From: Octopus vulgaris
Lineage: Eukaryota
Length of the DNA: 64,000 bases
Reading direction: 5' to 3'
Assembly: GCA_951406725.2 (NCBI GenBank)
Contig: OX597827.1
Span: 47,616,001-47,680,000, forward strand
In this document: positions 37,346 to 52,054 of the stretch, piece by piece
Layout of the letters: every line of letters begins with the position of its first letter
How positions within the stretch are numbered: the first letter of the stretch is position 1
Made by a program: the position numbers and the translations under genes
The notes under the pieces: generated by a model
The model's input: the letters and a program-made list of their open reading frames with translations, nothing else
Database searches by the model: none
What the model was told of the DNA's origin: nothing

Positions 37346-39489
37346 AAGTAGTGTCTTGTAGTTACGGTTTCAAAGCACAGTTATACCATTAAGTCTCTAT
37401 GATATCCCCCATTAATGGTAGGTCTGCGAGAGCTCTTTACCGTAGCTAGAATAAGTTCTATCAATGGACTGACATCTTCCATGTGTAAATAGCTTTCACT
37501 GATTAGATGTTTCTTTTATTTTGTTGTCAACGATTTTCTTTTCTTTTCATATATAATACCATTGATATCTCTTTTAGCGTCTACATAAGTCCCGGCACAT
37601 CTTCTCTGGGTTGATTAATTTGTTTTTGAAGCATTTTGATAAGCACCAACCGCAAATTTGGGGCCCCATAGCTACAATACTGCTGTTATATAATTTAGAT
37701 ACTTTTTAATTGCTTTTGTTGTTTTATGTGCTAATGTCTTTTTTTTTTGTTCATGTAAATATATTCTCTTTTTTCTTGTAACAAACTCACTGCAAAGAAA
37801 TATCTGTGGCGGTGTCCCCGCTGACTATTGAAACGTATCTGTCATATTTTCCCAGCGCTGGATCACGATGTATCGTATCACCATGAAAGGAAATATATCC
37901 CACTACAAATTGTTGACACTTGGATAAATTTGGCGGGACAAATTTTCACTACTTGTGTTAGTGTTGGTAATGGGAACCTCAAAGATATGGGCAAATGTTC
38001 CCGCTAAATCGTTTACTCAAATGTTCTGGAAAATTTAGCATATGGTTATAAAAGTCTAACCAGATACATCATTCGTCCGCGGGAATCTAGGACACGTTGT
38101 TCAGTAAGTTGGTCTCCAACTCTCTTTTTCTTATTTTATCATGCTTGTGTGGTGTTCGAGAAATGACTCCAGACTTGAATTTTACCGTCAAATGAAGCAC
38201 ACCGTTATATTGAGCGGTTTCAATATATTTTGCCTTCAAAAACTATGAGCTACATTCATGATATTATCTATCATGTTGCTTTGTAGAAAACACCCAACTA
38301 ATATGTTCGTTGTTTCAAGAACGTTGTTTTATAAGACTATAAGTACACACGTAATTATAAACGATGCAGGTTAATATCCTATGTGGAAACACAAATTAAT
38401 ACTAATCTGGTCATTCTTATTTTCACATGCAGTCAACTTCATATTATTAACTACCAAAAAAGAGTTTATGAATTAAACACCATACAGAAATCTTGTATTC
38501 TTGAAGTGTGTTGTTTTGGTCGTAGTATGTGTAGGTTAAGTTATCCTTTCAAGATGTTCCATCAGAGAAAGTACTGCCATAAACATTTTCTACTTAGAAT
38601 GAATATTTATAGTTAAAGGGTGATTAGAGTGAACATAAAGCTGATACCTAGATATTTTCGACTTGCTATTTTTCTTTTGTTTCCGGGGAGACGTTAGGGT
38701 CAATATGAAAGAATATTTTTCCAAACTAATTTTTGTCATATTTAAATTGTTGAGAGAAATTATTCCGTCATATTCTGTAATGATAATCACTAAGGAACAT
38801 CGTTCATGCACTCCTGTTCAAAACACTAAAATATTTACAACCACATCATAACAAAATTAATAAACACTGGTAATTAAAGACCAACTTGCCTTTGTTTCAT
38901 GTCAACCGATGCCAATTACTATTGGTTATCAATCAAAGAAATCGACTCTAGGAGAAAAAAGAAAATGTAGGAGAGTTATATTAGCATAAGACTTAACATC
39001 TCACTTGTATTTACGCTCATAGTTTCAGGACACAGGGGTTGCCATGAAAGCAAGAATTTACGTAAAAGTATTGATGGGCAATGAAAAAGCTTTGAAGATC
39101 CTGGGTTGGACTTGGGTTTGCACACACTAATCAAGTTTCGTTCCCATCCATGTTCCAGCTGTCACATTTGAAGATTATTTTGAAATCTATTGTCTTACAT
39201 AACAACAATATGGCAGCAAGAACTGTGATGGTTGAATAGATTACGTGTTGCGTAGCTACACTGATATATTGCAAAAATCAGAGAACAAGGAACGTCGTAA
39301 CGAAAACTTAAAAAGAGAAACAAAATCATGTGAGCATATATTCACAATGCAAAGCAACGAATCCTTCAACAAACTCTTCTGTAGTTCCTAAATTAGAAAT
39401 AATGTAGTATTAGATACATATACGAGAGTTAAGGTTAGAAGAAAATTTAATTTTGATTTCAAATTTTTTTCTAGAAAGGACAGCTTGCA

Positions 39490-40025
39490 GCTGGGTATGA
39501 AGTCGATAACATCGACCCCAGTGCGTAACTGGTTCGTATTTAATCGACTCCGAAAGGAAGAAAGGCAAAGTCGACTTCGGCGGAATTTGAACTTAGAATG
39601 TGGCGACGGACGAAATGCCACTAAGCATTTCACCCGAGGCGTTAATAGTTATTTTCTACTGTAGGCACAAAGCCCGAAGTTTTTGGGGAGGCGGCCAGTC
39701 GATTAGATCGACCTCCGTACGCAACTGGTACTTAATTTGTCGACCCCGAAATGATGAAAGGCAAAGTCGACCTCGATGGAATTGAACTCAGAATGGAGTG
39801 ACGGGCGAAATACCTATATCTATTTCTTTACTACCCACAAGGGGCTAAACACAGAGAGGACAAACAAGGACAGACAGACGGATTAAGTCGATTACATCGA
39901 CCCAGTGCGTAACTGGTACTTAATTTATCGACCCCGGACGGATGAAAGGCAAAGTCGACCTCGGCGGAATTGGAACTCAGAACGTAAAGGCAGACGAAAT
40001 ACTGCTAAGCATTTCGCCCAGCGCT
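39490..40025 (-). mobile_element. SINE family C cluster
   Basis: Three CGACCCCGAAAGGATGAAAGGCAAAGTCGAC-like units. Confidence 0.82.
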
Positions 40026-41015
40026 TAGAATTTTCCAATCTCGCCGGCTTAGAACAATATTTACTAATAGCCAAAGACGACCAGAAATGAATTTGCGACA
40101 CATAAACTATATAAATATATAAATGGCGTAACAAATGAAAAAAAAATGAGATTCAGTTCAACAAAATTTATTACAGTAACCACCAAAAATTCTTGAACTT
40201 AGAAAGCTGCGACTTCAAATTCGCAGCTCTACAACAAAGACACGTCATTTCTATATATTATTGCACACGTAGGCAATTTTTGTGCTGCTTTCGCAATTCT
40301 ATATGCCATTTACTTACAGGCAATTATTTATACACATACACATATACATATTTTCATATTTTTATATTGTCTGACGATTTATCACGTAATGTCTGTCTTC
40401 CGTCTTTCTCTTTCTCCCTTCTGTTTACATATGTATGTATACGTAGGTATTGGTGACTTGTCTGTGCAGATAACGTATGCGTGTATGCATAAATAAAGAA
40501 ACGCCTATCCATATATATGTATATATGTGTGTGTATATGCATAACCATATGTGTATATATATCTTTTTATTTATATTTATACATGTATAAACACACGCAC
40601 AAACACATACACATCTATGTATATATATATATATGAAAATATATAAGGCATACACAGGCATTCACGTGTACACACATACACATATACATACATATATATA
40701 CATGTATCTCACACATGTACATACATATATACATACATGCACACATAAACGCACATACAATCAAGTAAATTACAATGATATGCACATCGCAGGAGAGTCA
40801 GTCTTTAGCAAGGTTAATTCTTTAGTCTGCCTCGTGCCAGAAGCATGGGGAAGCGAAATACGGAATATTACAATTTAATCATTCCAATATACTTTCTCTA
40901 ATCACGCAATGTTATAAGGTTATGAAATAATATATGTAAAAGCGCAAATATATACATAAACATATGCATATTCACACACACACACACACATATATATATG
41001 TATACACACACTAAC

Positions 41016-41066
<51 letters not shown>

Positions 41067-41153
41067 GACGATCATGTCTCGATATGCAACGATATTCATG
41101 AGGTTACATACATAATGCAACATATACAAAAGTGCACGTATACATACATACAC

Positions 41154-41540
41154 GGTTGGCACTCTTCACTCCGTCGGTTGCGACGACGTGGGTTCCAATT
41201 GATCCGATCAACAGAACAGTCTGCTCGTGAAATTAACGTGCATGTAGCTGAGCACTCCACAGACACATGTACACTTAACATAGTTCTCGAGGAGATTCAG
41301 CGTGACACAGTGTGTGACAAGGCTGGCTCTTCGAAATAGATGTACAACAGAAACAGGAATAAAAAGTGAGAGTAAGTTGTGTTGAAAGAAAACAGCAGAG
41401 TTCACCACCATCCCTTGCCGGAGCCTCGTGGAACTGTAGGTGTTTTCGCTCAACAAACACATTCAACGCCCGGTCTGGAAATCGAAACCGTCATTCTTCG
41501 ACCGCCAGTCCGTTGCCCTACCCACTGGGCCATTGCACCT
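41154..41540 (-). mobile_element. SINE family B with alternative long tail
   Basis: B head; tail ...CGTCGTCGCAACCGACGGAGTG is shared with 53660-54006 and the ~55519-55607 fragment. Confidence 0.8.
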
Positions 41541-41700
41541 CCACACATACATACATACATACATGCATATGCTTGTGTTCATATCGGTACTCTTTCGTTT
41601 CCGCCAGGCTGGATATAGGCAGATTAGAGTTCTTATATTCTTACTGCCGCAATTTTTATTTTAAAATGGTGAAATCTGTATCTAATCCCAGAATATATTA

Positions 41701-41964
41701 CAGTGATCCCTCACCATACCGCGGTTCAGTTATCGCGCATCAGTACATCGCGGTTTACCTATCGCGTATTCAGTACATCGCGGTTCATCTATCGCGCACT
41801 CTGTACATCGTGGATTTTTCTGAATAATATATGTAAATTTGTCTCGCAGACTCCTCAGTATATCGCGGGTTTCTGCAGCTGATAAGTATATTTATTTTTT
41901 ATATTTTAATTATTTCTGTGGAAGGTTTTAGAACGTAACACCCGCGATAGTCGGGAGATTACTG
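41701..41964. mobile_element. pogo/Tigger-like MITE with internal ~29 bp tandem repeats
   Basis: TA-CAGTGATCCCTC...GGGAGATTACTG-TA. Repeated CAGTACATCGCGGTT..CTATCGCG units. Confidence 0.75.
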
Positions 41965-42129
41965 TAATGATATTTTTTCTGTTTTTATGTATTTTTGACT
42001 TTTTTTTTTCATGTTCAACCCTATACACATAATGTTCTGTGGTCTAACTTAGTGACAACAGTAAAAATATACTTTTCAAGAGTTTTCTCAATTCTTAATA
42101 AGATGTGCATTTGAGGGCCAAAGGGCATA

Positions 42130-43105
42130 TTAGAACAATTACCCTACTAGGACAATTACAATACGACAACTAAGACAATTACACTACGATAACTAACCCC
42201 CTAGGACAACTAACCCCCCCTGGTTAATTACCTCCTCTTCAATATATTAAGAAGTTTTTAACCATCATCTAAAAGTGCAAATTATATGCGATTACTCGCA
42301 AATATTGTATCACATTTATAATTTCATAACGGCAATAATGCGGACTAAAATATTCAAATATTTCTTTCTAGAAATAATCCACAACAAACACATTTCGTCA
42401 ATATTAAAGTCTTCATTAGATTTTAAATAACATTATCAAAACGTAAAGGTAAAACAAAACAAATATGATTTATTTTCTTCCAGGCACCAATATACTGTAA
42501 CAGTAGTTTTTCACGTTGTTCACCGACCGACTTTTCCTTTGAAAAATTCAGTGGAATCATTCGATCACCTTACACAAATTATTTTCCTCCTGAAACTTAA
42601 AAAAGAATACACACCTTTCTCTAAGCCGATACATTAAATTTCCCCCAGATAAAAAATAGTGGATGGGTAATGGCCCAGTGGTTAGGGCAGCGGACTCGCG
42701 GTCGGATGATCGCGATTTCGATTCCCAGACCGGGCGTTGTGTGTGTTTATTGAGCGAAAATATCTAAAGCTCCACGATGCTCCGGCGGAGAATGGTGGCG
42801 ACCCCTGTTGTACTATTTCGCTCACCCTTTCTTCCTGTTTCTTGACTAACGCTGCGATGAACTGGTGTCCCGTCCAGCCGGGGTGAACACATACGCCATA
42901 GAAACCGGGAAACCGGGCCCATGAGCCTGGTTAGGCTTGAAAAGGGCGTATAAATAAATAATAATAATAAATAGCGGCTTATACACCGAAAAATACGGTA
43001 CACATCGGGGATTAACTGCTGAGGGATAATTATCCTTGTGGGTAATTGTCCTAGTGGGTTGTTGTCCTGAGAGATAATTGTCCTCGGGGGTCTATTGTCT
43101 TTAGG
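42130..43105. mobile_element. Foldback-like element with inverted arrays of ~15 bp repeats and a nested SINE
   Basis: GGACAATTAC/GGACAACTAACCCC repeats at 42130-42235 are mirrored by GGGTAATTGTCC repeats at 43006-43105. Confidence 0.6.
42667..42950 (+). mobile_element. SINE family B
   Basis: TGGCCCAGTGGTTAGGGCAGCGG head; followed by (AAT)n. Confidence 0.82.
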
Positions 43106-43670
43106 ACGGTAAATCTCCGAGACACCCAAAGGGAAGCCGTGCAACAAAGTGTACATCTTCTGTATATATTACTCCTGGCTGGTATGCGCTGAATCATCTG
43201 ATAAGATCCTGTAAGAGAAATATGTGGCTGAATGTCACGAATAACTACGTTAGTAAATAACATTTGCGTTCGCAGTATGGCTCTGACTTGAATCCCTTAT
43301 TGCAAAGAAATTTCAACATAATACGTCGTATAAAATACTTTTTAGTGGATGTGTATATGTGTGCTTTTTTCTATACTTTTAATATGTATTGGTGTATTTG
43401 TGAGCGTGCGTGTATCAGAGTGTTTGTAACTTTAAGTATATAGGGCTACATACACTTGTGTCAGTACGTGTCTGTGTCCTATGCATATTTATTATACATA
43501 CATACATACATACATACATACATAAAGACATACATACATGGGTGTATGTGGGTGTCTTATAAATGGATATTACGAAATACAGCTGCTGAATTCCCGATAG
43601 ATAAGTGCAAAAGGTTATTTATGCAGTTTCCGATTCTGCATATTAAGCATCGGAGAATTACTTTTCTCTT

Positions 43671-43738
<68 letters not shown>

Positions 43739-45473
43739 TTTGTTTGACTCTCTACTCCGTATTGCCTGACAAGATAAATGGTTTAATATGATCCTGTCAG
43801 ACATAAGCTATTACACACTACATGGACGGTGAGTTATGATTATGTTAATACAAATACGGGCGATTACTTTGCCAGATGCAGTTGCTCACTTAAATATAAC
43901 AGTATGGTCAGTATTTACTTACCACCTAGATCTTATTCGTACTTCTTTTTTATCTCTTTTTTTGAGTTGAAATTGGGTTCCAGTCATATTTACGTATTGT
44001 TTTCTTTTGGTTCCAAATACCAAATACATTTCCTATAGATTTTCCCCTGAGATTATGTAACATTGTTCATTTATATCAGCAGGAAAACTTCAGCGATTGC
44101 GTGAGTATAATGACTTCGGCGCATATAATAGCAGTATGACAGGAATTTAATACATTTTTACTAAAGATTAAAACTGCATTCCATTACCGTTTCTTTGCTA
44201 ATGTTTACCTCACTATCTTCTGGCAATAAACTATAATACGCTGATGTCCATATACTCTGATGTATATCCATCGGAGCACCCTAAACAAATCTTTTTTATG
44301 ATACTGTCATGATAAAATAAGTGACTACCATGCTATTGGCTCTTAAAAAAATGTTTGTGTTATGATACTTGTGTGAGAAATAGTAACGTTTCTCTTATTT
44401 TCCGTAATGTGTAATGATGCGCAATTTAAAAGATATAAACAAATTGCTCTGCACGGAATTTAATCGACTGCAGAAGATACCAGAGGTGCCGTGATAACAG
44501 GGCCACTATTCATAGCCTGCCGCACTGGATCGAACAGACATGTGCAATATGATTTTTTCAATATTCTGTTGAACTTTGTAAGGTGGGGAGCTGAATCATT
44601 AGCACGCCGGAAAAAAATGCTTAGCGGCATTCTGTCCATCTGTATGCTCTGTGTTCAAAATACGCCAAGGTCGACTTCGACTGTCATCATTTCGGGATCG
44701 ATAAATTAATATTTGAGCCCTGGAGTCAATGGGGTCAATTTGTCCCTTCCTTCGAAATTTTGTCAACATCTGAAACCAATATTTTGTTTAACTTTGTAAG
44801 GCTGCTAGGAGACAGAATCTTTTGCATGCCGGGCAACACACTTCGTAGCATTCCGCACGTCTTTACGTTCAGAGTTCAAATTCCACCGAGATCAACTTTG
44901 CTTTAAACCTTTCGGAGTCCATAAAATAAGCATTGTGTTCAATGATACTAACTTGCCCTGTTTGATCTTGAAATTGCTGATCTTGAAAGCAATATTTTAT
45001 TGAAATCTTGCTTAGATTGAATGAAGAGAAGACGGTAGGCTTTCGATGTTGCTCATCATTACGCTAGGTTTTTTGATTCGTAGATATATTTCTCATTCTT
45101 GAATTCATATTCAATTCTTGGTTCTTGATTTTATTATCGTTTTACACCGAGTACAATTGATATTATTCACCTTTCTCTATCACATTTATCAAATTACTTC
45201 GTTTACTTCCAAAGTGTTTTTGAAGTCTGTTATTGATATTTTTCAGTAATTATCTCATTTTATAAGAACCCGGACATAAGCTCGGCTCACAAAAATATAA
45301 CTTATGTTAAAGCTCCTGAAGTTTAAACTATTTATACTTTTTATCTTATTCTCTAATTGTGTTCAGGCTATTTAGTAAAACGCCTTTCAAGTATATTTCT
45401 TTCGTGTCTTTGCGATAATTTTGCGTTTTATGGAATTTTAAGTATTTCATGTGTCGCTCTGATCTATTTCCTC

Positions 45474-45699
45474 TTTCACTCTTTTTTTCTCTTTTACTTG
45501 TTTCAGTCATTTGACTGCGGCCATGCTGGAGCACCGCCTTTAATCGAGCAACTCGACCCCGGAAATTATTCTTTTGTAAGCCCAGTACTTATTCTATCGG
45601 TCTCTTTTGCCGAACCGCTAAGTAACGGGGACATAAACACACCAGCATCGGTTGTCAAGCAATGCTAGAGGGACAAACACAGACACACAAACACACACA

Positions 45700-45751
<52 letters not shown>

Positions 45752-45922
45752 AATATACGACGGGCTTCTTTCAGTTTCTATCTACCAAATCCACTCACAA
45801 GGCTTTGGTCGGCCCGAGGCTATAGTAGAAGACACCTGCCCAACATGCCACGCAGTGGGCCTGAACCCGGAACCATGTGGTTGGTAAACAAGCTACTTAC
45901 CACACAGCCACTCCTGCGCCTA
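45474..45922 (-). mobile_element. SINE family A, full length, flanked by a >100 bp direct duplication
   Basis: Homologous to other A copies; flanks ~45338-45472 and ~45927-46045 are duplicated. Confidence 0.88.
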
Positions 45923-47650
45923 TAACCTTTTATCTTATTCTATAATTGTGTTCAGGCTTTCAAGTATATTTCTTTCGTGTCTTTGTGATAATTTTGTGTT
46001 TTATGAAATTTTAAGTATTTCATGTGTCGCTCTGATCTATTTCCTGTTATTGTTACTTTTACATTCCTCGTAACACTCATCGTTTTATTTCGCTTCTAAG
46101 TAATTTGTAGATCAATGTTGATACTTTCTAGCAATTACCTACTTCTTTAAGAAACTCGAAACTCTTTTCATTTATGTTTGAAGTTGAAGAAGCTTATTTT
46201 TTTCAGTTTGTCGTGGTTTAAATATTGTCGTGAGCGGTTCTGGTCAAATTATCCAATTTCGTTACTTTTAATTTATTTTTTCTTATGTAGACAGGTGAAA
46301 ATATAAAACAACGTACAATCAACTGCAACAAAATGATTTCTGTCGCCGGTGAGTGCAAAAACGTCTTAGTAAATGGCATGTCTCAATTTCCATGAAAAGT
46401 AAATAGAGGTACAATGTATAAGAATTCGTCGAAAATGCCCGCCACGTTTCGTTGCTACGAACAGAATTCTAAAAAATCGTTATTCTTTTACAAATTTCTT
46501 AATGTCATTTGTCATTTCATGTTAAGCATAATCAAGGAATTCATTTATCATACTAACAATGAAGTTACCCATACAGTCACATCACAAATATATACACTGA
46601 CATCAATATGTGTGCGCGTGCGTGTTGGTGTATTTCCTTTTGTAAGAGTTTATGCATGTATATATATAATAGTGTACAAACAATTTAAGTATTTATACAC
46701 GAACGAGGTGACCTTTGACAGGACACCTTACATGCTAGAAAGGGCAGTCAAAGCCCAAACCACAAACAAATGCAATTTTAAAGGGAATGAAAATAAAAAA
46801 ATATGTTTTAGTTACTTCCAGACTCGAGTTTCTGTATTAATGAGCAAATAAATTAATTACGTTAAAGCTCCTGAAGTTTAAACTATTTATACCTTATATC
46901 TTATTCTCTAATAGTGTTCAGGCTATTTAGTAAAACGCCTTTCAAGTATATTTCTTTCGTGTCTTTGTGATAATTTTGTGAAGCATATGTACTTCATCGG
47001 TGAGGTAGACAAAATTTATGCATATTTATGTAGCAAATACGTAACGAAAATACACGTGCAGCATACGTACACCTTATATTTTCATTTCCAGAGAAGTTGC
47101 TATTGCTTCAATCTCTCATGAGAGTAGACGGTGCTCGATTTTGAAACCAAAATGATGATTTTATTGTTACAGGAGTTATATCTATAATGACAAATTACCA
47201 TCTTTCAACGACAAGCCTAACAGTGTATATGATAATGAGTATTATCTTCCACTCTCAAAGAAGCCAGAATGAGCCTGTTCCCAATAGACTTCAAGAGATA
47301 AGCCATGCCTGATATTTTGTTTACTCTCTCTGGACTTGGTGTAGCAGCTGCAGCGTTCTTTAAGTTTCTAAAAGTTTGGTTTTGCTTAAAAGCATCATCG
47401 CTATTTCGTATATAATAGCAAATCCATAATAGCAGTTCTCGGTTGAGATTTCATTTCATGTCCTAAGTAGTCACATCGACAAATTTTATCTACGCAATCA
47501 TCCAAACGATCACTGCTTCCTTAATTCATTCATCCACCCATTCATGCATACATGTATACACACATATATAGATGTATGCATGCATACACATACATACATC
47601 CATGCATACATACATACATGCATACATACATACATACATACATACATACA

Positions 47651-47683
<33 letters not shown>

Positions 47684-47699
47684 GGTGGTTATGTACTCC

Positions 47700-48068
47700 T
47701 TATGAAGGGTCTAACCACCTCTTGTCCCTATACCTTAGATCCATCATGGCGTCTGATGTGACTTTTTAAACCAGGCAATGGATTGAAAGGATGTACACAT
47801 AGTTCCATATCCGATTTGGACGACTAAGAGCTGCACTTAAGTTCTGATCTTTGTGGATCTTAAAATGTCTAATGAGACCTTCGTTAGAATTGCAGACCTC
47901 ATGGCGTACGCGGCATTGAAACGTGTGCACAGACATATAGGCAGAATAGTTGGTGGGTTCGTTTTCCAGCAAGAGAAAGGCCTGGTCTGTCACAAACTGT
48001 GCGCACAAAAAGTTCACTGAGATTCGCCTTCTCGACCGCAACACTCATTTTAAATCTCTCTTGAGTCT
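47700..48068 (-). pseudogene. Probable RTE LINE 3' remnant with C-terminal zinc finger
   Basis: Translation FQCRVRHEVCNSNEGLIRHFKIH resembles the degenerate C2H2 at RTE ORF ends; embedded in (TACA)n. Confidence 0.45.
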
Positions 48069-50099
48069 TGCATACATGCATACGTACGTAAATACATACA
48101 TACACACATACATACATACATACATACATACATACATACATACATACATACATACATACATACATACATACATACGTACGTACGTACGTACGTACGTACA
48201 TACATACATACATACATGTATATATGCGTATATACATACGTATATATGTACATATATACATACATTCATGTGACAATAACAATTTAAGAATTAAAGGATG
48301 ATAAACAAAATAATTTTTTCTTCTAAACTTTATTACCAAGTTGATTGCCGGTCAAAATTTACTATGAGCTAAACCGATAAGTAGAAACATACATGCATGC
48401 ATACATACCTACATACAAATATACATACATACATATATACATACATGCATACATATGCCCAGCGGATGTTAACATGAAGCGGAAGAAGATCAGTGAAAAA
48501 GAGAATACCTATGCAGAACTATTGAGAAATCTGCAGTTACTCTATCCACATTAAAATTTCAGGTTTATAGCTGTAATTATTGGGGCCCTGAGATATGTAA
48601 CATCCTAAATACCAATCTTGTGAAATTAGGCTTCTGCCAACCGGAAAAGAGAAAGCTAATTCGAAGATTACAGATCCAATCCATTACTGAACTGTAAAAA
48701 TCTGTAAAACTTTTCAGAAGTTTACCATTGAAATATATATAGGCATGTCTAGATATGCAAGTATATGCATGAGAATACATACATAAAACATACAAATTTA
48801 CACATACATACATACATATTTATATACATACATACATACATACATACATACATGCATACATACATACATACATACATACATACATACATACATACGTACG
48901 TACGTACGTACATGCAAATACACGTTTATAACAAGTGTAATTAGATGGATAAGTGAAAATCTGGAAAGGCTGGGCGTCTTACAAAACACAAACACCCAGC
49001 TAGGACGGACATAACAAATACAATGTATGAACTGAAATATATGCAAAACTTCATTCTCATTTTAGCTTTTTGTGAACTGAGTTCCAACAATCGTGCATTG
49101 TGTCTTTGTTAGAAACCAGCACCTGCCTAGCAGCGAAATTTTAAATATCTAAAATTGGATGACTACATAGATACATACACATACATACATGCATACATAC
49201 ATACATACATACGCACCAACATACATACATGAATGCCTGCATAAACACATACACATATACTTACTTACCGACCTAGGTACATACATACATAGTTAAATAC
49301 ATACATATATACACACCTACATACATACATACATACATACATACATACATACATACATACATACATACATACATACATACATACATGCTTACCTACATGT
49401 GTGTTTACACATGCGTACTCTAACATTGCAACATTTTAAAAGGTAAGCCATGATATTTTGTATCGTGCTACATATGAAGAATTCATAACTATTAGTTTAA
49501 ATATAAGCATATACATATTTTAGAATATGTATAATTCAGAATTAATATTTGTGAACATATATGCAGACACACATATATAGATGTGTCTGTGTCTGCGTAA
49601 ACACACAGTTCTTTGTTTTATAGTTACATGTAACCAGCAAGAAGATATTCCCTGTTTATTTTTGATGCTAGAATTTGGCTATACACTCACTTTTGCGCCT
49701 AATTCTAGTTCGGAATTTAAATAAATCATATGATCTTTTTTTTTTCTCTCGGGAAAATATGTAATAAAACTTAAAATATTTCAAAATCATAGTACGTTAA
49801 AACAATTTGAAATCCTTCCAAAATAAATAAGCAAACATTATTTTCTACCGAAGAAATGTGTCGTTATTTGTATATTTTATTCAAACATCTCTTTCTGTAA
49901 TTCTAGTTTTGATTATTTTTAAAAGTATTTTTGCTTACTGATTCTTAAAGGAGGAAAATGTGTTTTCATTAGAACGTTTTCAGCATTATATAATTTCTAT
50001 ATATTTGTTCTAGCTCTCTTTGAATATTCTCTACAAACATATTCAAAAACAACAGCAACATCGTTGAGTAGAACGACAACAACAAAATTAATAATAATC

Positions 50100-50978
50100 C
50101 AGTCTACTATAGGCACAACTTCTGAAATTTTGGGAGAGTACCTCGACCCCAGGGCATAGTTGGCACTTATATCATCGGGCCCGAAAGGATGAAAGGCAAT
50201 ATCGACCTTGTTCGAATTTCAGCTCAAGGCATAAAGACGGACGAGATTCCGCTAGAAATTTTGTCTGGCATGCTAACGACTCTGATAATGGTTTAAAATT
50301 TTGGCCCAAGGCAATTACATCGAACCCAGTGCTCAATTGGTACGTATTTAATCGATCCCGAGTTGATGAAAGACAAAGTGGTCTTCAGCGGAAGTTGAAC
50401 TCAGAAGGTACTGATGGACGACGACGAAGAAGACAACGACGACGACGACGACCACCACCACCACCAACAACAATAATAATCATTTCTAATAAGGGCACGA
50501 AGCTTTAAATTCTGGGAGAGGGTCTAGTCGATTACATCGACGACGACGCCCACCAACACTGCCACCACCAACAATCCTTTCTATTAAAGGCACAAGGCCT
50601 GAAATGTGCAGGGAGCTGAATCATCAAAATACATATTCTACTGCTTCACTGGTACTTAATTTATCGACCCCGAAAGGATGAAAGTCGACCTCGGCAGAAT
50701 TTGAACTCATAATGTAGCGATGGGTGAGATATCGCTAAGCATTTCGTTCAGCTTGCTAACGATTCTTTTCTACTCTAGGCACAAGGCCCGAAATTTTGAG
50801 GGAGGGGACCAGTCGATTAGATCGATCCCATTACACAACTAGCAGTTAATTTATCGATCCGGAAAGGATGAAATTCAAAGTCGTCCGCGACGGAATTTGA
50901 ACCCAGAACGTTGCGACGAGCGAGATATCGCTAAGCATTTCGTCCAGCGTGCAAACGCTTCTGCCAGCACGCCGCCTT
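50100..50978 (-). mobile_element. Cluster of family C SINE copies interleaved with trinucleotide tracts
   Basis: At least four diverged C units. Confidence 0.75.
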
Positions 50979-51340
50979 AACAACAACAACAACAACAACA
51001 ATAATACTAATAATAATAATAAAGATAATAATAATATTATTAATAATAATAATAATAATAATAATAATGATAATAATAATAATCACTTGTTAAGGTTATC
51101 TCTACTGATATTCTGCATAAATTATAGCAAGCTCTAATGTAAAACGCACAACTAACACAGTAGAACAGGGTATTAACTTGCATAAAAAAAGTTTAATATA
51201 TTTTTATTGTATATTATGATTACATAACGAAATACCGCGTCTCTACAAGTCGTTAATGATAATAACAACAATAATAATAATAATAACAATAATAATAATA
51301 ACAACAACAATAATAATAGTAATAACAATAATAATAATAA

Positions 51341-51371
<31 letters not shown>

Positions 51372-51373
51372 AA

Positions 51374-51922
51374 GTACCCTGTACCAGGCAATGGCTCTCG
51401 TGTCTTCTGATATTAACTGATTGGATGTGTTATCATGTACATTGTTTGTCTTCGTATAAATGATGCGCTACAGCAAATATTCTGCTCAATACCACAGATT
51501 TGCTTGTCAGTTGTTTGGCCTTAACCAGTTGACCATGTACCTTAGCGGCTGACGATATGTGCATCTTTGATCATAAGCAGATGTAGTGGGGGAGCATCAC
51601 AGTCATATGATGAAAAGAATTCTTGGAGGTTTGAATAATTCACATTTGGAAACATTTGTGTTTCGTTCATCATCCTTAAACAATCCTTATTCAGGGATCT
51701 TTTGAGCGGGATGGGCTAACTCGACATGAAGAAAATTTTAACTGGGCCTCACCTGCAAAGTCATGCACTGTTTATCTTGATATGAGATCACCATGTCGCG
51801 CACATATGGTTGCGATGCATGTGTCTGGTGTACCCTTATCAGATGGGTAGTCATGATGGATATACTGGGCTTCGTATAATTTACCTCAGTGTCACTTTGA
51901 TGGCATGCACTGTTCATGCACT
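51374..51922. mobile_element. ~550 bp interspersed repeat inserted in (AAT)n
   Basis: Complex sequence flanked on both sides by in-register (AAT)n; no ORF. I recall it as a common octopus repeat (unverified). Confidence 0.55.
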
Positions 51923-51956
51923 TAATAATAATAATATTAATAATGATGATAATAAT

Positions 51957-52054
<98 letters not shown>

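Noticed and set aside
37400-38330. Possible highly decayed LTR-retrotransposon pol on the minus strand
   Set aside because: Only faint motif resemblance; it needs a translated search.
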